NCBI RefSeq assembly: GCF_004010195.1
Contig: NW_025215104.1
Coordinates: 1-38,951, forward strand
Direction: 5' to 3'
DNA length: 38,951 bases
DNA from: Chiloscyllium plagiosum
Lineage: Eukaryota
Position 1 is the stretch's first letter; each line of letters opens with the position of its first letter. A model generated the notes under the pieces. It was given only the letters and a program-made list of their open reading frames with translations, had not been told where the DNA came from and did no database searches. The position numbers and the translations under genes were made by a program. Of the stretch, positions 1-11,039 are shown piece after piece.

Positions 1-830
1 GTAGCTTATCTATGTCCCTCTGTAACCGACAACATCCTATGGTACTCTCCACAGCTCTACCGATTTTAGTATCATCCACAAATTTACTTTCTATCCTTCT
101 ACACCCTCATCCCTGTCATTTTTAAAAATGACAAACAGCCGTGGACCCAAAACAGATCGTTGCAGTACATCACTACTAACTGAACGCCAGACTGAACATG
201 ACCCATGAACCACCATCCTGTCTTCTTTCAGCTAGTAATTTCTCATCCAAACCATTAAATCACCCTCAATCTCCTGCCTCCGACTTTCCTGCAATAGCCT
301 ACCGTCGGGAAACTTACCAAACGCTTTACTGAAATCTAGATACAAACATCAACCACTTTACCCACATCCATCTGTTCGGTCACTTTCTCAAAGAACTCAA
401 TAGTGTTTGTGAGGCATGATGCACCCTTCACTAAACCGTGCTGACTATCTCTAATTCACTTATTCCTGTCTAGATGATTATAAATGCAATCTCTTATAAC
501 ATTTTCCAACACTTTACCCACAACCGAAGCAAGGCTCACTGGTCTATAATTACCAGGGTTGTCTCTCCTTCCCTTCTTGAACAAGGGAACAACATTTCCT
601 CCAGTCTCCTGCCACTATTCCCGTAGAAAATGATGACATAAAGATCCAAGCCAAAGGCTCGGCAATCACCTCACTGGCTTCCCAGAGAATCCTCTGATAA
701 ATACCATCCGACCCAGGGGACTTACATATTTTTAAATTTTCCAGAATTGCTGACACATCCTCCTTTGAACCTTAATCCAATTTCGACTAATGGCCTGTAT
801 CTCAGTATTCTCCTGCACATCATTTTCTTT
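1..830 (-). mobile_element. CR1 LINE ORF2 reverse-transcriptase fragment, degenerate
   Basis: ORF 550-756(-) reads KSPGSDGIYQRILWEASEVIAEPLAWIF..SSFSTGIV..DWR. Downstream minus-strand frames give GRSCL-, YLDFSKAF- and QGSVLGP-like RT motifs with stops. Confidence 0.85.
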
Positions 831-839
831 TTCTAGTGC

Positions 840-970
840 TGATTATCAGAATAATCCTTTTGGCTCACAATGTCTTCAGTGAAGGAAATCTGCCATCCCC
901 GCCTGGTCTCCTACATTTGGCTCCAGACCCACAGCATGATGGTTGACTCTTCACTGTCTTCTGAAATAGC
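840..970 (+). mobile_element. Old SINE fragment (Meta-domain-like central region)
   Basis: ggctcacaatgtcttcagtgaaggaaatctgcc...ctccagacccacagc..ggttgactct resembles, from memory, a widespread ancient SINE core. Confidence 0.4.
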
Positions 971-974
971 AAAG

Positions 975-3250
975 TAGACAGGAGGCTCGAAGAACACAGC
1001 AACGAGGCAGCATCAGGAGGTGGAGAAGTCAACGCTTCTGGTGTAACCCTTCTTCAGGAATGATGGTGGGTGTCGGGTGAGCTGCAGATAAAGGGAGTGG
1101 CGGGGGCAGGGTGGTGAAGTGGAGAACAATGAAGACAGGTAGGGGGAATGACTTGGCTGGTTAATGGGAACAATGGATCCGGTTGGTGGCAGGGAGCAGT
1201 GGCAGTGAGGGGAGGGGCTGGGAAGGAAGTCCAGTTTGGGGCATGATGTTATTTGAAATGTGAAAATTCACTGTTGAGGCCTCCGGACTGTTGGCTGCCC
1301 AGGCGGAATGCGAGGTGTTTTCCTCCAATTTGCACTGTGCTTCATTGTGGCAATGGAGGAGGCCAAGTTTGGTGATGTTGGAAAGGGGGTGAGAAGGGGA
1401 AATGAAATTGGCGATGTCTGGGAAGTCCGGTTGGCTCCTGCGTACTTGGCTCCGATGCTCAATGAGCCTTTCCTAAAGTTTATGTTCAGTCTCCGCGATG
1501 TAGACAAGACCACATCTGTAGCATCTGATGCAGTAAACTATTTTGGAAAAGAGGCAGGTGAACCTCTGACTCACCCTGAAGGACTGCTTGGGCCCTGGAT
1601 GGATGTGTTGGAGGTGGTGTACTGGCAGGTTTTGCATCTTTTCCCGGTTGCAGGGGAAGGTACTCTGTGTTCGGGGGGTGGTCAGTGGGGAGAATGGCAC
1701 AAACCAAGGATTGTCGAAGAGAACGGCAATTGCGGAAAGCACAGGGGGTTGGGAGGGGAAGATGTTCTTCGTCGAGGTGGAGTTAGTGGAAGTGTTTGAG
1801 GATAATGTGCGTGGGATGAGAGGTGAGGGTAAGGAGGAAATTTGTCTTTATTGCATTGGGGGTTAGAGCATTAGAATGGGTGTGGCGGAGGGCTATCTGG
1901 ATGACAGAGGGAGGAAAAGCATGTTGTGAGAAACAGTTGAACATTTGGGATGCTCGTGATTGGAATGTCCACGCATCCGAGCTGTTGTGGCGAAGACAGA
2001 GGAATCCAGGAAATGGGATGGAGTTATTGCAGTGTACTGAGTGGGAGGAGTGAAGTGCGTTTCGTTATGGGAGTCTGTGGGTTTGTAGCAAATGTCCGTC
2101 TGGAGACTGTCACCGGAGATGGAAATAGTGAGGTAAGAAAGGGGAGAGAAGGAGTCCGAAAAGGACCAACTGAATTTGATGGTGAGGTCGAGGTTGTGGG
2201 CAAAGTCGATGAACTGATCCAGTTCAGCCTGGGTGCAGGGCACTGCACTGATGCAGCATTTATGGAATGGTGGAAGAGTTGGTGCACAGTGCCTGTGTCG
2301 GTGTTGAGGAGGTACTGTTCGATATAACCAGGCGGGTGTAGCTGGAGCCCTTCCAACTGCCAATTGGCACCTCCTGGATTTGGAGGGAATGAGAGGAGGT
2401 AAAGGAAATGTTAATAATGTTGACAACTGTTTCGGCGTGGTGGTGGAAGGTATTGGTGGAGGGGGACTGGATCGGTCCATTCGAGATGAAGAAGCGGAGG
2501 GCCTGGAGGCCATCCTTGTGGGATATGGATGTGCATAAGGACTACACGTCCATAATGAAGATAAAGCACTGGGGGCCGGGGAACTGGAAGTTGCTGAGGA
2601 GATGGTGGTATGGTTGGTGTCAATGATGTAGAGGGGAAGAGCCTGAACCAAAGGGGAGAATGTGGAGTCGAGGTTAGGCTGAGATGTGTTTCGTGGGCCA
2701 GGAGCATGCTGAGACGATGGGTCGGCAAGAGTTGTTGGACTTGTGGATCTTGGGGAGCAGGTAGAAGCGTGCAGTATGGGACTGGGGAACTATGATTTTG
2801 GAGGCTGTGGAGGGGACATCACTGGAGGCAATGATGGCACAGACAATGCGGGTGATTTTGGCCTGATGAGTCATGAGAAACAGAGAGTTAGGATGTGGTG
2901 TCGGAGAGTTGGCATTCAGCCTGAGATATACAGGACTATTCTCCAGACTACCACTGCCCGGCCTTTGTCAGCGGGTTTGATGGTGATTTGGGGGCGATGG
3001 TGCAGAGAGAGTGGAGTGCTGCACGTTCGGAGGGGTTGAGGTTGAAATGGATGAAGACAGTGGAGGAATTGAGGTGGTCATTGAAATGTCTGCAGTTTGC
3101 AATGAAGAGGTCTCGTGCGGGTACAAGGCCGGTGGGTGGTGACCAACTGGAAGAGGAAGGTTCCCGTCCAGGGAAGGGCTGACAAGGAGGAAGTGGGCTA
3201 TGAGGGGTGGCACAGCTGCTCCCTCTGGTGACCAAGCTGGCGAAACCCGT
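975..3250 (-). mobile_element. Penelope-like element (Neptune-type): RT plus GIY-YIG endonuclease, frameshifted
   Basis: Minus-strand frames: TARFYLLPKIHK..RPIVSACS (2674-2874); TISISGDSLQTDICYKPTDSH (1893-2651); TFPCNR...IVYCIRCYRCGLVYIAETE (GIY-YIG, 1473-1742). PLE terminal sequence with a degenerate hammerhead motif at ~1029-1058. Confidence 0.88.
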
Positions 3251-3434
3251 AGCGACTATCTGAATAAATGAAACTAGTTTTTTTTAGCGAAAACTCCCAA
3301 TGAGTCCTCGATTCTCCTTTCCCCATCCTGAAACAAGGCACCCCCTGAAGTACCAACATGAATAACTTCAATACTATAATACAAGACAAGTGTAACTGTT
3401 AGGACACACAGAAGGATTAACACATTTCAAATTA

Positions 3435-3600
3435 TTGACCTTAGTGTCCAGGGAGGTGCGGGCTGGAGTGGGTTTGCCATGGGAAATGCAGGTTACAGAG
3501 ACAGGGTAGGAGGTGGCTTTAGGTGGAAAGATCCTTGGAGAGGCAGTGCAGACTCAACAGGCCAAAGGATCTCTATCGAACTGCAGAGATTCTCTGATTC
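3435..3600 (+). mobile_element. 3' half of an old HE1-like SINE
   Basis: Similar to the 3' portion of the HE1 copies elsewhere in the window (..gcagactcaacaggccaaagg..gattctctgattc tail). Confidence 0.5.
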
Positions 3601-3745
3601 TCAGTTAGCTGGATGGATGCTTTGTAATGCACAGCTAACAGCAGCAGCTGTGTTCGCCACAACAGATGAGGTCACCAAAAGGTCTTGCCTTCGCAACCCT
3701 TTGGCAGCCCCGAGTGAAACTCGCCACCAGTTGCCTCTCCATAGT
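3600..3745 (+). mobile_element. Degenerate tRNA-derived SINE fragment
   Basis: ctcagttagctgga...gaggtcacc..gccttcgcaacc..aaactcgccaccagtt; related copies at ~15455-15575(+) and ~27685-27742(-). Confidence 0.45.
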
Positions 3746-3774
3746 GTGAGAGTGACCCACGAGGGAAATAGTGA

Positions 3775-4130
3775 CTGTGTCAGTGACAAAGACACAATGG
3801 GGTCAGTCTGCTCTCCCCTCAATCTGTAACAGAGACACAGTGGGGTCAGTGTAATGTCACCAGGGGTCGGTGACAGAGACACAGTGGGGCCAGTCTAATG
3901 TCCCCAGGGTTTAGATTAGAGTGTTGCTGGAAAAGCACAGCAAGTCAGACAGCATCCACTCCTGATGAAGGGTTTTTTTCCAAAACGTCGATTTTCCTGC
4001 TCCTCAGATGCTGCCTGACCTGCTGTGCTTTTCCAGCAACACTCTAAACTAAACTATGGTTTCCAGCATCCGCAGTCTTCACTTTTGCCTTAATGCCCCA
4101 GGGGTCAGTGACAGAGACACAGTGGGATAA
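3775..4130 (+). repeat. ~44-bp minisatellite (gacagagacacagtggggtcagtgtaatgtc...), interrupted by a PLE insertion
   Basis: About four diverged units visible; inverted counterpart at 27490-27645. Confidence 0.8.
3910..4090 (+). mobile_element. Short fold-back PLE-derived element with target-site duplication
   Basis: Inverted arms 3910-3957 / ~4007-4053; CTGATGA core at 3962; TSD taatg(t)ccccaggg at 3896-3909 and 4091-4103. Confidence 0.8.
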
Positions 4131-4134
4131 TTCC

Positions 4135-4440
4135 GCTTTCCTCCCCACTTCCACTTGTGGACAGGGTTGATGATGCCTTTCTTCATAGAATCGGACATGC
4201 TCCAAGCACAGTCATGCTCTCACATACCACGGGAGAGTCCTGGCTGGCCAAGTCACATAGAGTCAAATACAGGTCATTGGATCATTGCTTTTGGAAGGTG
4301 TCTTCTTCTGAAAGAATTCTCCAGTATTAGTGATTTGTCTAGATCCTCTCATATACCATTGTCTCCATGATGTACTTTGGGAGCGGATGGGAGACCACGC
4401 TGTTTGTGAACTTCACTACATACAATCCAGCATAAAACAA
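4135..4440 (-). mobile_element. Tx1/L1-clade LINE ORF2 fragment
   Basis: Minus-strand translation LDKSLIL..SF...SMSDSMKKGIINPVHKWK resembles the Tx1 segment LDQPLTL..SFEKNKTPG...SMRKGIITLIYK. Confidence 0.6.
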
Positions 4441-4740
4441 TTCTCTGATCTTCAAAAAAGTCGGACTATGAGGAAGCTAGGGAAGAGAGTGCTCGGCCAA
4501 GTGCTGGCAAATTGGATTTGGTTAGGTTGGGATATCTGGTCGGCATGGACGAATTGGACTGAAGGATCTGTTTCCGTATTGTACGTCTCTATGGCACTAT
4601 GACTCACTGAAATATTCATATCAACCACGGGTGGGGAGCAGAGACTGGAGGGTGGCTGATTTGGTATCATTATTTGTGAACGCTAGTGAGAAAAAGCTAG
4701 GGAATACAAACCAATGAGCTTGACAGCATTGGGGGATCAG
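4440..4740 (+). mobile_element. CR1 fragments, including a short inserted 3' tail (~4497-4606)
   Basis: CR1 3' UTR (gggatatctggtcggcatggacgaattgga..ctctatg..ctatgactc) inside an older RT fragment. Confidence 0.6.
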
Positions 4741-4784
4741 CTTTGACAGAAATAAAGTAATATGAGCAAATATGCACAGAAGCA

Positions 4785-5040
4785 GTTTGTTTATATTTGG
4801 AGCTTATGTGGAGGCCTACACGTAGACGACTCTGGAGATATTGTTTATCTACGGTACTTGTGGAGAGGCCTACACATGGACGGCTCTGGAGAGATTGTTA
4901 ACAAAGGGAGCTTGTGGAGAGACCTCCACATGGATGACTTCAGAGATTGTTTTACATTGGGAGATTATGAAGAAGCCTACATGTGGATGGCTTCAGAGAG
5001 ATTGTTTATGTACAGAGCTTATGAAGAGGCCTATATATGA
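4785..5040 (+). repeat. 54-bp tandem repeat (~5 diverged units)
   Basis: tggagaggcctacacatggacggctctggagagattgtt recurs with period 54 (4861, 4915). Confidence 0.85.
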
Positions 5041-5348
5041 ACATATATAATTCCTGAAGCTGAAAGCTGAATGTTAGATTTTTTGAGGATTCGTTTTCTC
5101 TCATTTAAGTCTTTTTAATATTAATATGACTTTTCGCATCAGAGAGCGGCGGGAGCTGTGCGGAAGTGAAAGCAGAGCGCAAAGCCGGTCGGGAAGGTAA
5201 GTGATTGTTATTTAAGAACTTACCTCGACGTTAACGGTCTTTTCGTATCAGAGAGCGGCGGGAGCTGGGCAGAAGTGAAGGCAGAGCGCAAAGCCGGTCG
5301 GGAAGATAAGTGATTGTTAATTGAGTGGGTGTGGAAGAGAGCAGACGA

Positions 5349-6030
5349 TGAGAAAGGCAGAGAGGAGACAGGTGCAAAAGACCCCGGGGGAAGTACCTGT
5401 CAGGAACAAGTTGAATCTTTTGAAAACAGTAGAGACAGATGACACTGCCAGTCCGCGAGGCGGCAAGGTCTGTCAATCAAAGGTTGGCGTGGAGACAGAG
5501 GGGAAGAGTCGGACATCGCACAGAGCCGTGGTAATAGAGGACTCCATAGTGAGAGGAACTGACCGGGTTTTTTATGGCAGCAGACGGGACTTAAGGATGG
5601 TGTGTTGCCTTCCTTGTGCCAAGATTAAAGATATCACAGACAGAGTGCAGGAAATCCTTAAGGACGAAGGTGAAGAGCCAGAGGTGGTGGTACTTGTCGG
5701 CACAAATGATGTCGGGAAGAAGAGGAGGAACATACTACAGCGGGACTTCGGAGAACTAGGAAGAAGGCTGAAAAGCAGGAAGTCCAAGGTGGTTATCTCC
5801 GGTTTGCTTCCAGTTCCTCGGGCTGGTGAGGCCAGAAACAGGGAGATAATGGACTTGAACGTGTGGCTGCGGAACTGGTGCAGGAAGCAAGGTTTTAAAT
5901 TCTTGGATCACTGAGGTATGTTTTGTCGTAAGCATAAATTCTACAAGAGAGACGGTTTGCACCTTAATAGGTTAGGGACCAGCATTCTGGCAGGCAGGTT
6001 TGCTACTGCAACACAGCTACGTTTATACTT
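5349..6030 (+). pseudogene. CR1 ORF1 (SGNH/GDSL esterase domain), N-terminally deleted, premature stop at 5912-5914
   Basis: ORF 5321-5914 translation; frame continues past TGA into FYKRDGLHLNR. Confidence 0.85.
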
Positions 6031-6070
6031 AGTAGTGGGGGGAGGGGACCAAACTGGATGTTTAAAAAGG

Positions 6071-6160
6071 AATGATCAGCCATGATTATATTGAATGGCG
6101 GTGCAGGCTTGAAGGGCTGAATGGCCGACTCCTGCACATATTGTCTATTGTCTATTGTCT
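6071..6160 (+). mobile_element. Isolated CR1 3' tail nested between ORF1 and ORF2
   Basis: atgatcagccatgat..ttgaatggcggtgcaggct.gaagggc.gaatggcc.actcctgcac..(ctattgt)n matches 8962-9046. Confidence 0.85.
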
Positions 6161-6204
6161 AGAGTGAAATAGGAGTTGATGGGAAGGGTGAGGGCAGTAA
6201 CAAA

Positions 6205-8955
6205 TTAAAAATACTATATATGAATGCTTGAAGTATTAGAAATAAGATGGATGAGCTTGAGGCTCTTTTGGAAATTGGCAGATACGAGATTGTGGGGATA
6301 ACTGAGACGTGGCTTCAAGTGGACAGGGCCTGGGAAATGAATATTCAAGCCTACACGTGAAACGAATATTCAAGGCTACACGTGCAATCGTAAGGACAGA
6401 CTGATGGGCAGAGGGGGTGGGTGGCCATGTTGATAAGGGATGATATTCAGTCCCTTGCGCGGGCGGACCTAGAATCAGGGGATGTAGAGTCACTTTGGAT
6501 AGAGCTGAGAAACAGTTGTCTGGATGTCAGATGTAAGTTAAATCAGGAGCTGAAATTGGCCAGTCGCAAAGATGTTACTACAGTTTTTATGGGGGATTTC
6601 AACATGCAGGTAGACTGGGAGAATCAGGATGGTATTGGACCTCAAGGAAGAGACTTTGGGGAGAGCCTCAGAGATGGATTCTTAGAACAGCTGGTGCTCG
6701 AGCCTACCAGGCAGAAGACAATTCTGGATCTGGTATTGTTTAACGAACCAAAATTGGTCAGGGACCTCGAAGTAAAGGAGCCATTGGGAAGTAGTGACCA
6801 TAATACAATAAGCTTCAATCTGCAATTTGAGTGGGAGAGGGTACAATCGGAAGTGACAATATTTCTGTTGAATAAAGTGAACTATGGAGCTATGAGGGAG
6901 GAGATGGCCAAAGTTCAATAGTGCAATACCTTAGCAGGGATGACAGTGGAGGAACAATGCGGATATTTCTGTCTATAATACAGAAGTTGCAGGATCAGTT
7001 CATTCCAAAAAGGAAGAAAGATCCTAGGAAGAGGCATGGGTGGCCGTGGCTGACGAGGGAAGTTAAGAAACATATAAAGTTAAAAGAGAAAAAGTATAGC
7101 ATAGCAAAGATAAGTGGGAAAACGGAGGACTGGGAAGCTTTTAAAGAACAACAGAGGATTACTAAGAAGGAAATGCGCAGAGAAAAAAATAGGTACGAAG
7201 GTAAACTTGCCAATAATATAAAGGAGGATAGTAAACGTTTATTTAGGTATGTGAAAGGCAAACAAATGATTAAGACTAAAATTGGGCCCTTGAAGTCAGA
7301 ACCAGGGGAATATATTACGGGGAACAAAGAAATGGCAGAAGAATTGCATTGGTATTTCAGATCTGTGTTCACTGGGGAAGACACAAGCAATCTCCCTGAG
7401 GTAAAAGTGGCTGACGGACCTGAACTGAAGGGAATTTATATTTGCCAGGAATTGGTGTTGGAGAGACTGTTAGGTCTGAAGGTTGATAAGTCCCCGAGGC
7501 CTGATGGTCTACATCCCAGGGTACTGAAGGAGATGGCTCGAGAAATCGTGGATGCATTGGTGATTATTTTCCAGAGTTCGATAGATTCGGGTTCAGTTCC
7601 TGCGGATTGGAGGGTGGTTAATGTTGTGCCACTTTTTAAGAAAGGCAGGAGAGAGAAATCAGGAAATTGTGGACAAGTTAGTCTGACCTCAGTGGTGGGA
7701 AAGATGCTGGAGTCTATTATAAAGGATGAAATTACGTCACATCTGGATAGTAGTAACAGGATAGGTCAGAGTCAGCATGGATTTATGAAGGGGAAATCAT
7801 GCTTGACTAATCTTCCGGAATTTTTTGAGGATGTACCTCTGAAGATGGACGAGGGAGATCCAGTAGATGTAGTGTACCTGGACTTTCAGAAAGCTTTTGA
7901 TAAAGTCCCACATAGGAGGTTAATGAGCAAATTTAGGGCGCATGGTATTGGGGGCAAAGTACTAACTTGGATTGAAAGTTAGTTGGCTGATAGGAAACAA
8001 AGAGTAGTGATAAACGGCTCCATTTCGGAATAGCAGGCAGTGACCAGTGGGGTACAGCAGGGATCAGTACTGGGACCTCAGCTTTTTACGATATATGTTA
8101 ATGATATGTAAGATGGTATTGGTAATAACATTAGCAAATTTGCTGATGACACTAAGCAGGGTGGCAGGGTGAAATGTGATGAAGATGTTAGGAGATTACA
8201 GGGTGACCTGGACAAGTTATGTGAGTGGTCAGATGCATGGCAGATGCAGTTTAATGTGGATAAATGTATGGTTATCCACTTTGGTGGCAAGAACAGGAAG
8301 GCAGATTACTACCTCAATTGAATCAATTTAGGTAAAGGGGCAGTACAGAGAGATATTGGTGTTCTTGTACACCAGTCAATGAAGGTAAGCATGCAGGTAC
8401 AGCAGGTAGTGAAGAAGGCTAATAGCATGCTGGCCTTCATAACAAGAGGGATTGAGTATAGAAGCAAAGAGGTTCTTCTGCAGCTGTAGAGGGCCCTGGT
8501 GAGACCACATCTGGAGTACTGTGTGCAGTTCTGGTCTCCGAATTTGAGGAAAGACATTCTGGCTATTGAGGTCAATTTCTGGAATAGCGAGATTACCTTA
8601 CACTGAAAGACTGGAGCGACTGAGCTTGTATACCCTTGAGTTTAGAAGACTGAGAGGGGATCTGATTGAGACATATAATATTATTAAAGGATTGGACACT
8701 CTGGAGACAGGAAACATGTTTCCGCTGATGGGTGAGTGCTGAACCAGAGGACGCAGCTTAAAAATACGGGGTAGACCATTTAGGACAGAGATGAGAAGGA
8801 ACTTCTTCACCCAGCGAGTGGTGGCTGTGTGGAATGCTCTTCCCCAGAGGGCAGTGGAGGCCCAGTCTCTGGATTCATTTAAGAAAGAGCTGGTTAGGGC
8901 TCTCAAGGATTGTGGAATCAAGGGTTATGGAGATAAGGCAGGAACAGGGTACTGA
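6205..8955 (+). pseudogene. CR1 ORF2 (APE endonuclease plus reverse transcriptase), disrupted
   Basis: ORFs 6421-6921 and 6921-7982 plus continuation with stops; 25-bp tandem duplication at 6334-6383; internal deletions near 6513 and 8570. Confidence 0.9.
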
Positions 8956-9046
8956 TTAAGGATGATCAGCCATGATCATATTGAATAGTGGTGAAGGCTC
9001 GAAGGGCAGAATGGCCTACTCCTGCACCTACTGTCTATTGTCTATT

Positions 9047-9935
9047 TGCTACTTGTTGCATGCTCCATATTAAATCTGTGGTTTAGTAAAGGCAGTTTAT
9101 TTTTAGATACAAGGTGCTTTGAGAGCTTCTTCATTTTAGACTTAATGGCACTGAAGACATACAAGAGACACTGAGTGTGATGACGAGTAGATTTCGAGCA
9201 GTGATTACACAGCAGGGTCTGTCAGACAGATGACTGACTGTCAGGAATGGGAAGAGGGGAGTTCAGAAGTGTCCTGCAGCTATTTGTCTCTCAAATTCCG
9301 TTTTGTATACTGTTGAAAGAGATAGTCTCTGAGAGGAAAATAAACATGTTATTCAGATCTAGGGCACTAAGAATGAATCTTATGTTAAACGGGTTTGTCA
9401 AGATTTAAAAGAATAATTGTTACAGGGAACACTACTATCTGGGGCAGAGAGAGGAGATTCTGCAGCATTAAGCATGAAACCAGGATAGTATGTTGCTTTT
9501 CTGGTGCCGGGTGAAGGATGCTTCAAAATGTTTAAAAGATATTGTTAAAGGGGAGAGTGCGAAGTGGAAGTTGTTATACACATTGGCAAGAATGACATAG
9601 CCAGGGAAAGGGTTAAGGTTTTGCAGAGTGCATACAAGAGGTTAGGTGAAGTTTAAATTGCAGGACATCAAAAGTAGTAATCTCTGATTTACTTCCATTG
9701 CAAAAGATCAAATGAGAGAAGGGAAGGGAAGATAAATCAATGGCTGAAGAGGTGGTGCAATGTGCAGGGATTCAGCTTCTTGGATCATTGGGATCTTTTC
9801 TGGGACAGAAAATACTTGTTCAAAAACGGATGGGTTTCGCCTGAACTCGAATGGAATCAATGTCATGATGGGGAGATTTGCTGGTTCTATTTAGGGAGAC
9901 TATAAACATTTTTGGGAGGGAAGCTTCCAAAGTAA
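9047..9935 (+). mobile_element. Old CR1 ORF1 (esterase) region, degenerate
   Basis: Recognisable VCCFSGA, IHIGKNDI, VVISDLLP, FLDHWDLFW motifs across frames; inverted homologue at ~24985-26410. Confidence 0.75.
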
Positions 9936-9949
9936 CAGTGACCCTTTTT

Positions 9950-10620
9950 TTCAAAATTGAGGAATTTTGAAGGATAGGATATACATGCATTTGGAAAAAC
10001 GGGGTTTGATTTGGAACAGTCAGTATGGCTTTTTGTGAGGGAAATCACACCTAACAAATTTGTTAGACTTCTTTGATGAAGTGACCAGGAAGGTCAACAA
10101 GGTCAGTCTGGTAGACTCAGTCTATATGGATTTCAGTAAGGCCTTTGATAATTTGCACATGGAGAGCAACTAGAGCGAGAGCAGGATTTCTTGAACATCA
10201 ACAAAGTCATCTTTGTGTTGAACCTCAGGAGATGGGATAGATATTACATGAATATTTTGCATCAGTCTTCATCTTTGAGGAATAAATGGAGACAAGAGAA
10301 CCCAGGGAAAAAAAATATTGATGTTTTGAGAACAGACAACTTGCAGGTCCATGAGCAGAAATATTTGTATCATCTATAAACATGGGCGAAGAACCAGAAG
10401 ACTATAAAATGGCTAATATTAAGCCATTGTTTATATAACGAATAGGCTTGGAAATATAGACCTGTGATTCTGACACTAGTGGTGTTTAAGTTGTTGGAGA
10501 TGATTCTGAATGATAGGAGTTTTGTGTATTTGGAAAGGCAAAGATTGATTATGGATAGTGAGCATGGTTTTGTGTGAGGAAAGTAGTGTTTCACAAACTG
10601 ACTTTTTTTTAATGGAGCAA
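9950..10620 (+). mobile_element. CR1 ORF2 fragments
   Basis: SQYGF..GKS.LTN, YMDFSKAFD, YRPVILT and SEHGF motifs. Confidence 0.7.
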
Positions 10621-10664
10621 TGAAACAATTGACCCAAATGTTTATCTAAAAGCACCTACATATC

Positions 10665-10925
10665 TGTCTGACCGAACAATGAACTTGCACCATTGCGTGA
10701 ACCAGAAATGAACCTGCACTGCTGTGTGACCCAACAGCGAATCTGCGCAGATGTGTGACCCAGCATTTTACCCGAACAGCTGCTTGATCCAGTAGTGAGC
10801 CAGAACAGCTGTGTGACCCAGCAATAAAGCCTACTCTGCTGTGTGATCCAGCGTACACCTGCACAGCTGTGTGATCCAGCAGTGACCCTGCACAGCTGTG
10901 TTTCCCAGCAGTGACCCTGGAGAGC
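10665..10925 (+). repeat. 29-bp minisatellite (gcacagctgtgtgatccagcagtgaccct), ~9 units
   Basis: Period 29 seen at 10861/10890; units diverge towards the 5' side. Confidence 0.85.
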
Positions 10926-11039
10926 TGACTGCTTCTGCTGTTTGGCTTCAATGATATCTGCGCATTGGAGCTCATCCAAGAAAATTAAACGGACAATGAA
11001 ATTCACTGCTGTCATTTGCGAAACCTGTATGAGGGTGCT

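Larger units (their letters stand above)
5131..9046 (+). mobile_element. Near-full-length, relatively young CR1 LINE (5' repeats, esterase ORF1, APE-RT ORF2, ctattgt tail), inactivated
   Basis: Two 109-bp CpG-rich 5' repeats. ORF1 has SGNH motifs (VVIEDSIVRG, GTND, DGLHLN). ORF2 has APE motifs (ITETWL, MGDFN, GSSDHN) and RT motifs (KSPRPDG, GKSCLTN, YLDFQKAFDKVPH, FADD). Ends in ctattgtctatt. Confidence 0.93.

Noticed and set aside
1268..3235. The many overlapping 60-250 aa ORFs as host genes
   Set aside because: They are alternative or antisense frames of a decayed Penelope element. The same applies to most short ORFs over LINE fragments.
3775..4130. Array of V(D)J recombination signal heptamers (CACAGTG)
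   Set aside because: The heptamers are part of a minisatellite unit, with no ACAAAAACC nonamer at 12 or 23 spacing. The same applies to the CACAGTG at 38248.
4762..5050. Repeat-protein coding exon
   Set aside because: The open frames arise from a 54-bp tandem unit, and the frame shifts between units and between the paralogous arrays
10665..10925. CRISPR-like array of ~29-bp palindromic repeats
   Set aside because: Units are head-to-tail with no unique spacers, there are no cas genes, and the context is vertebrate
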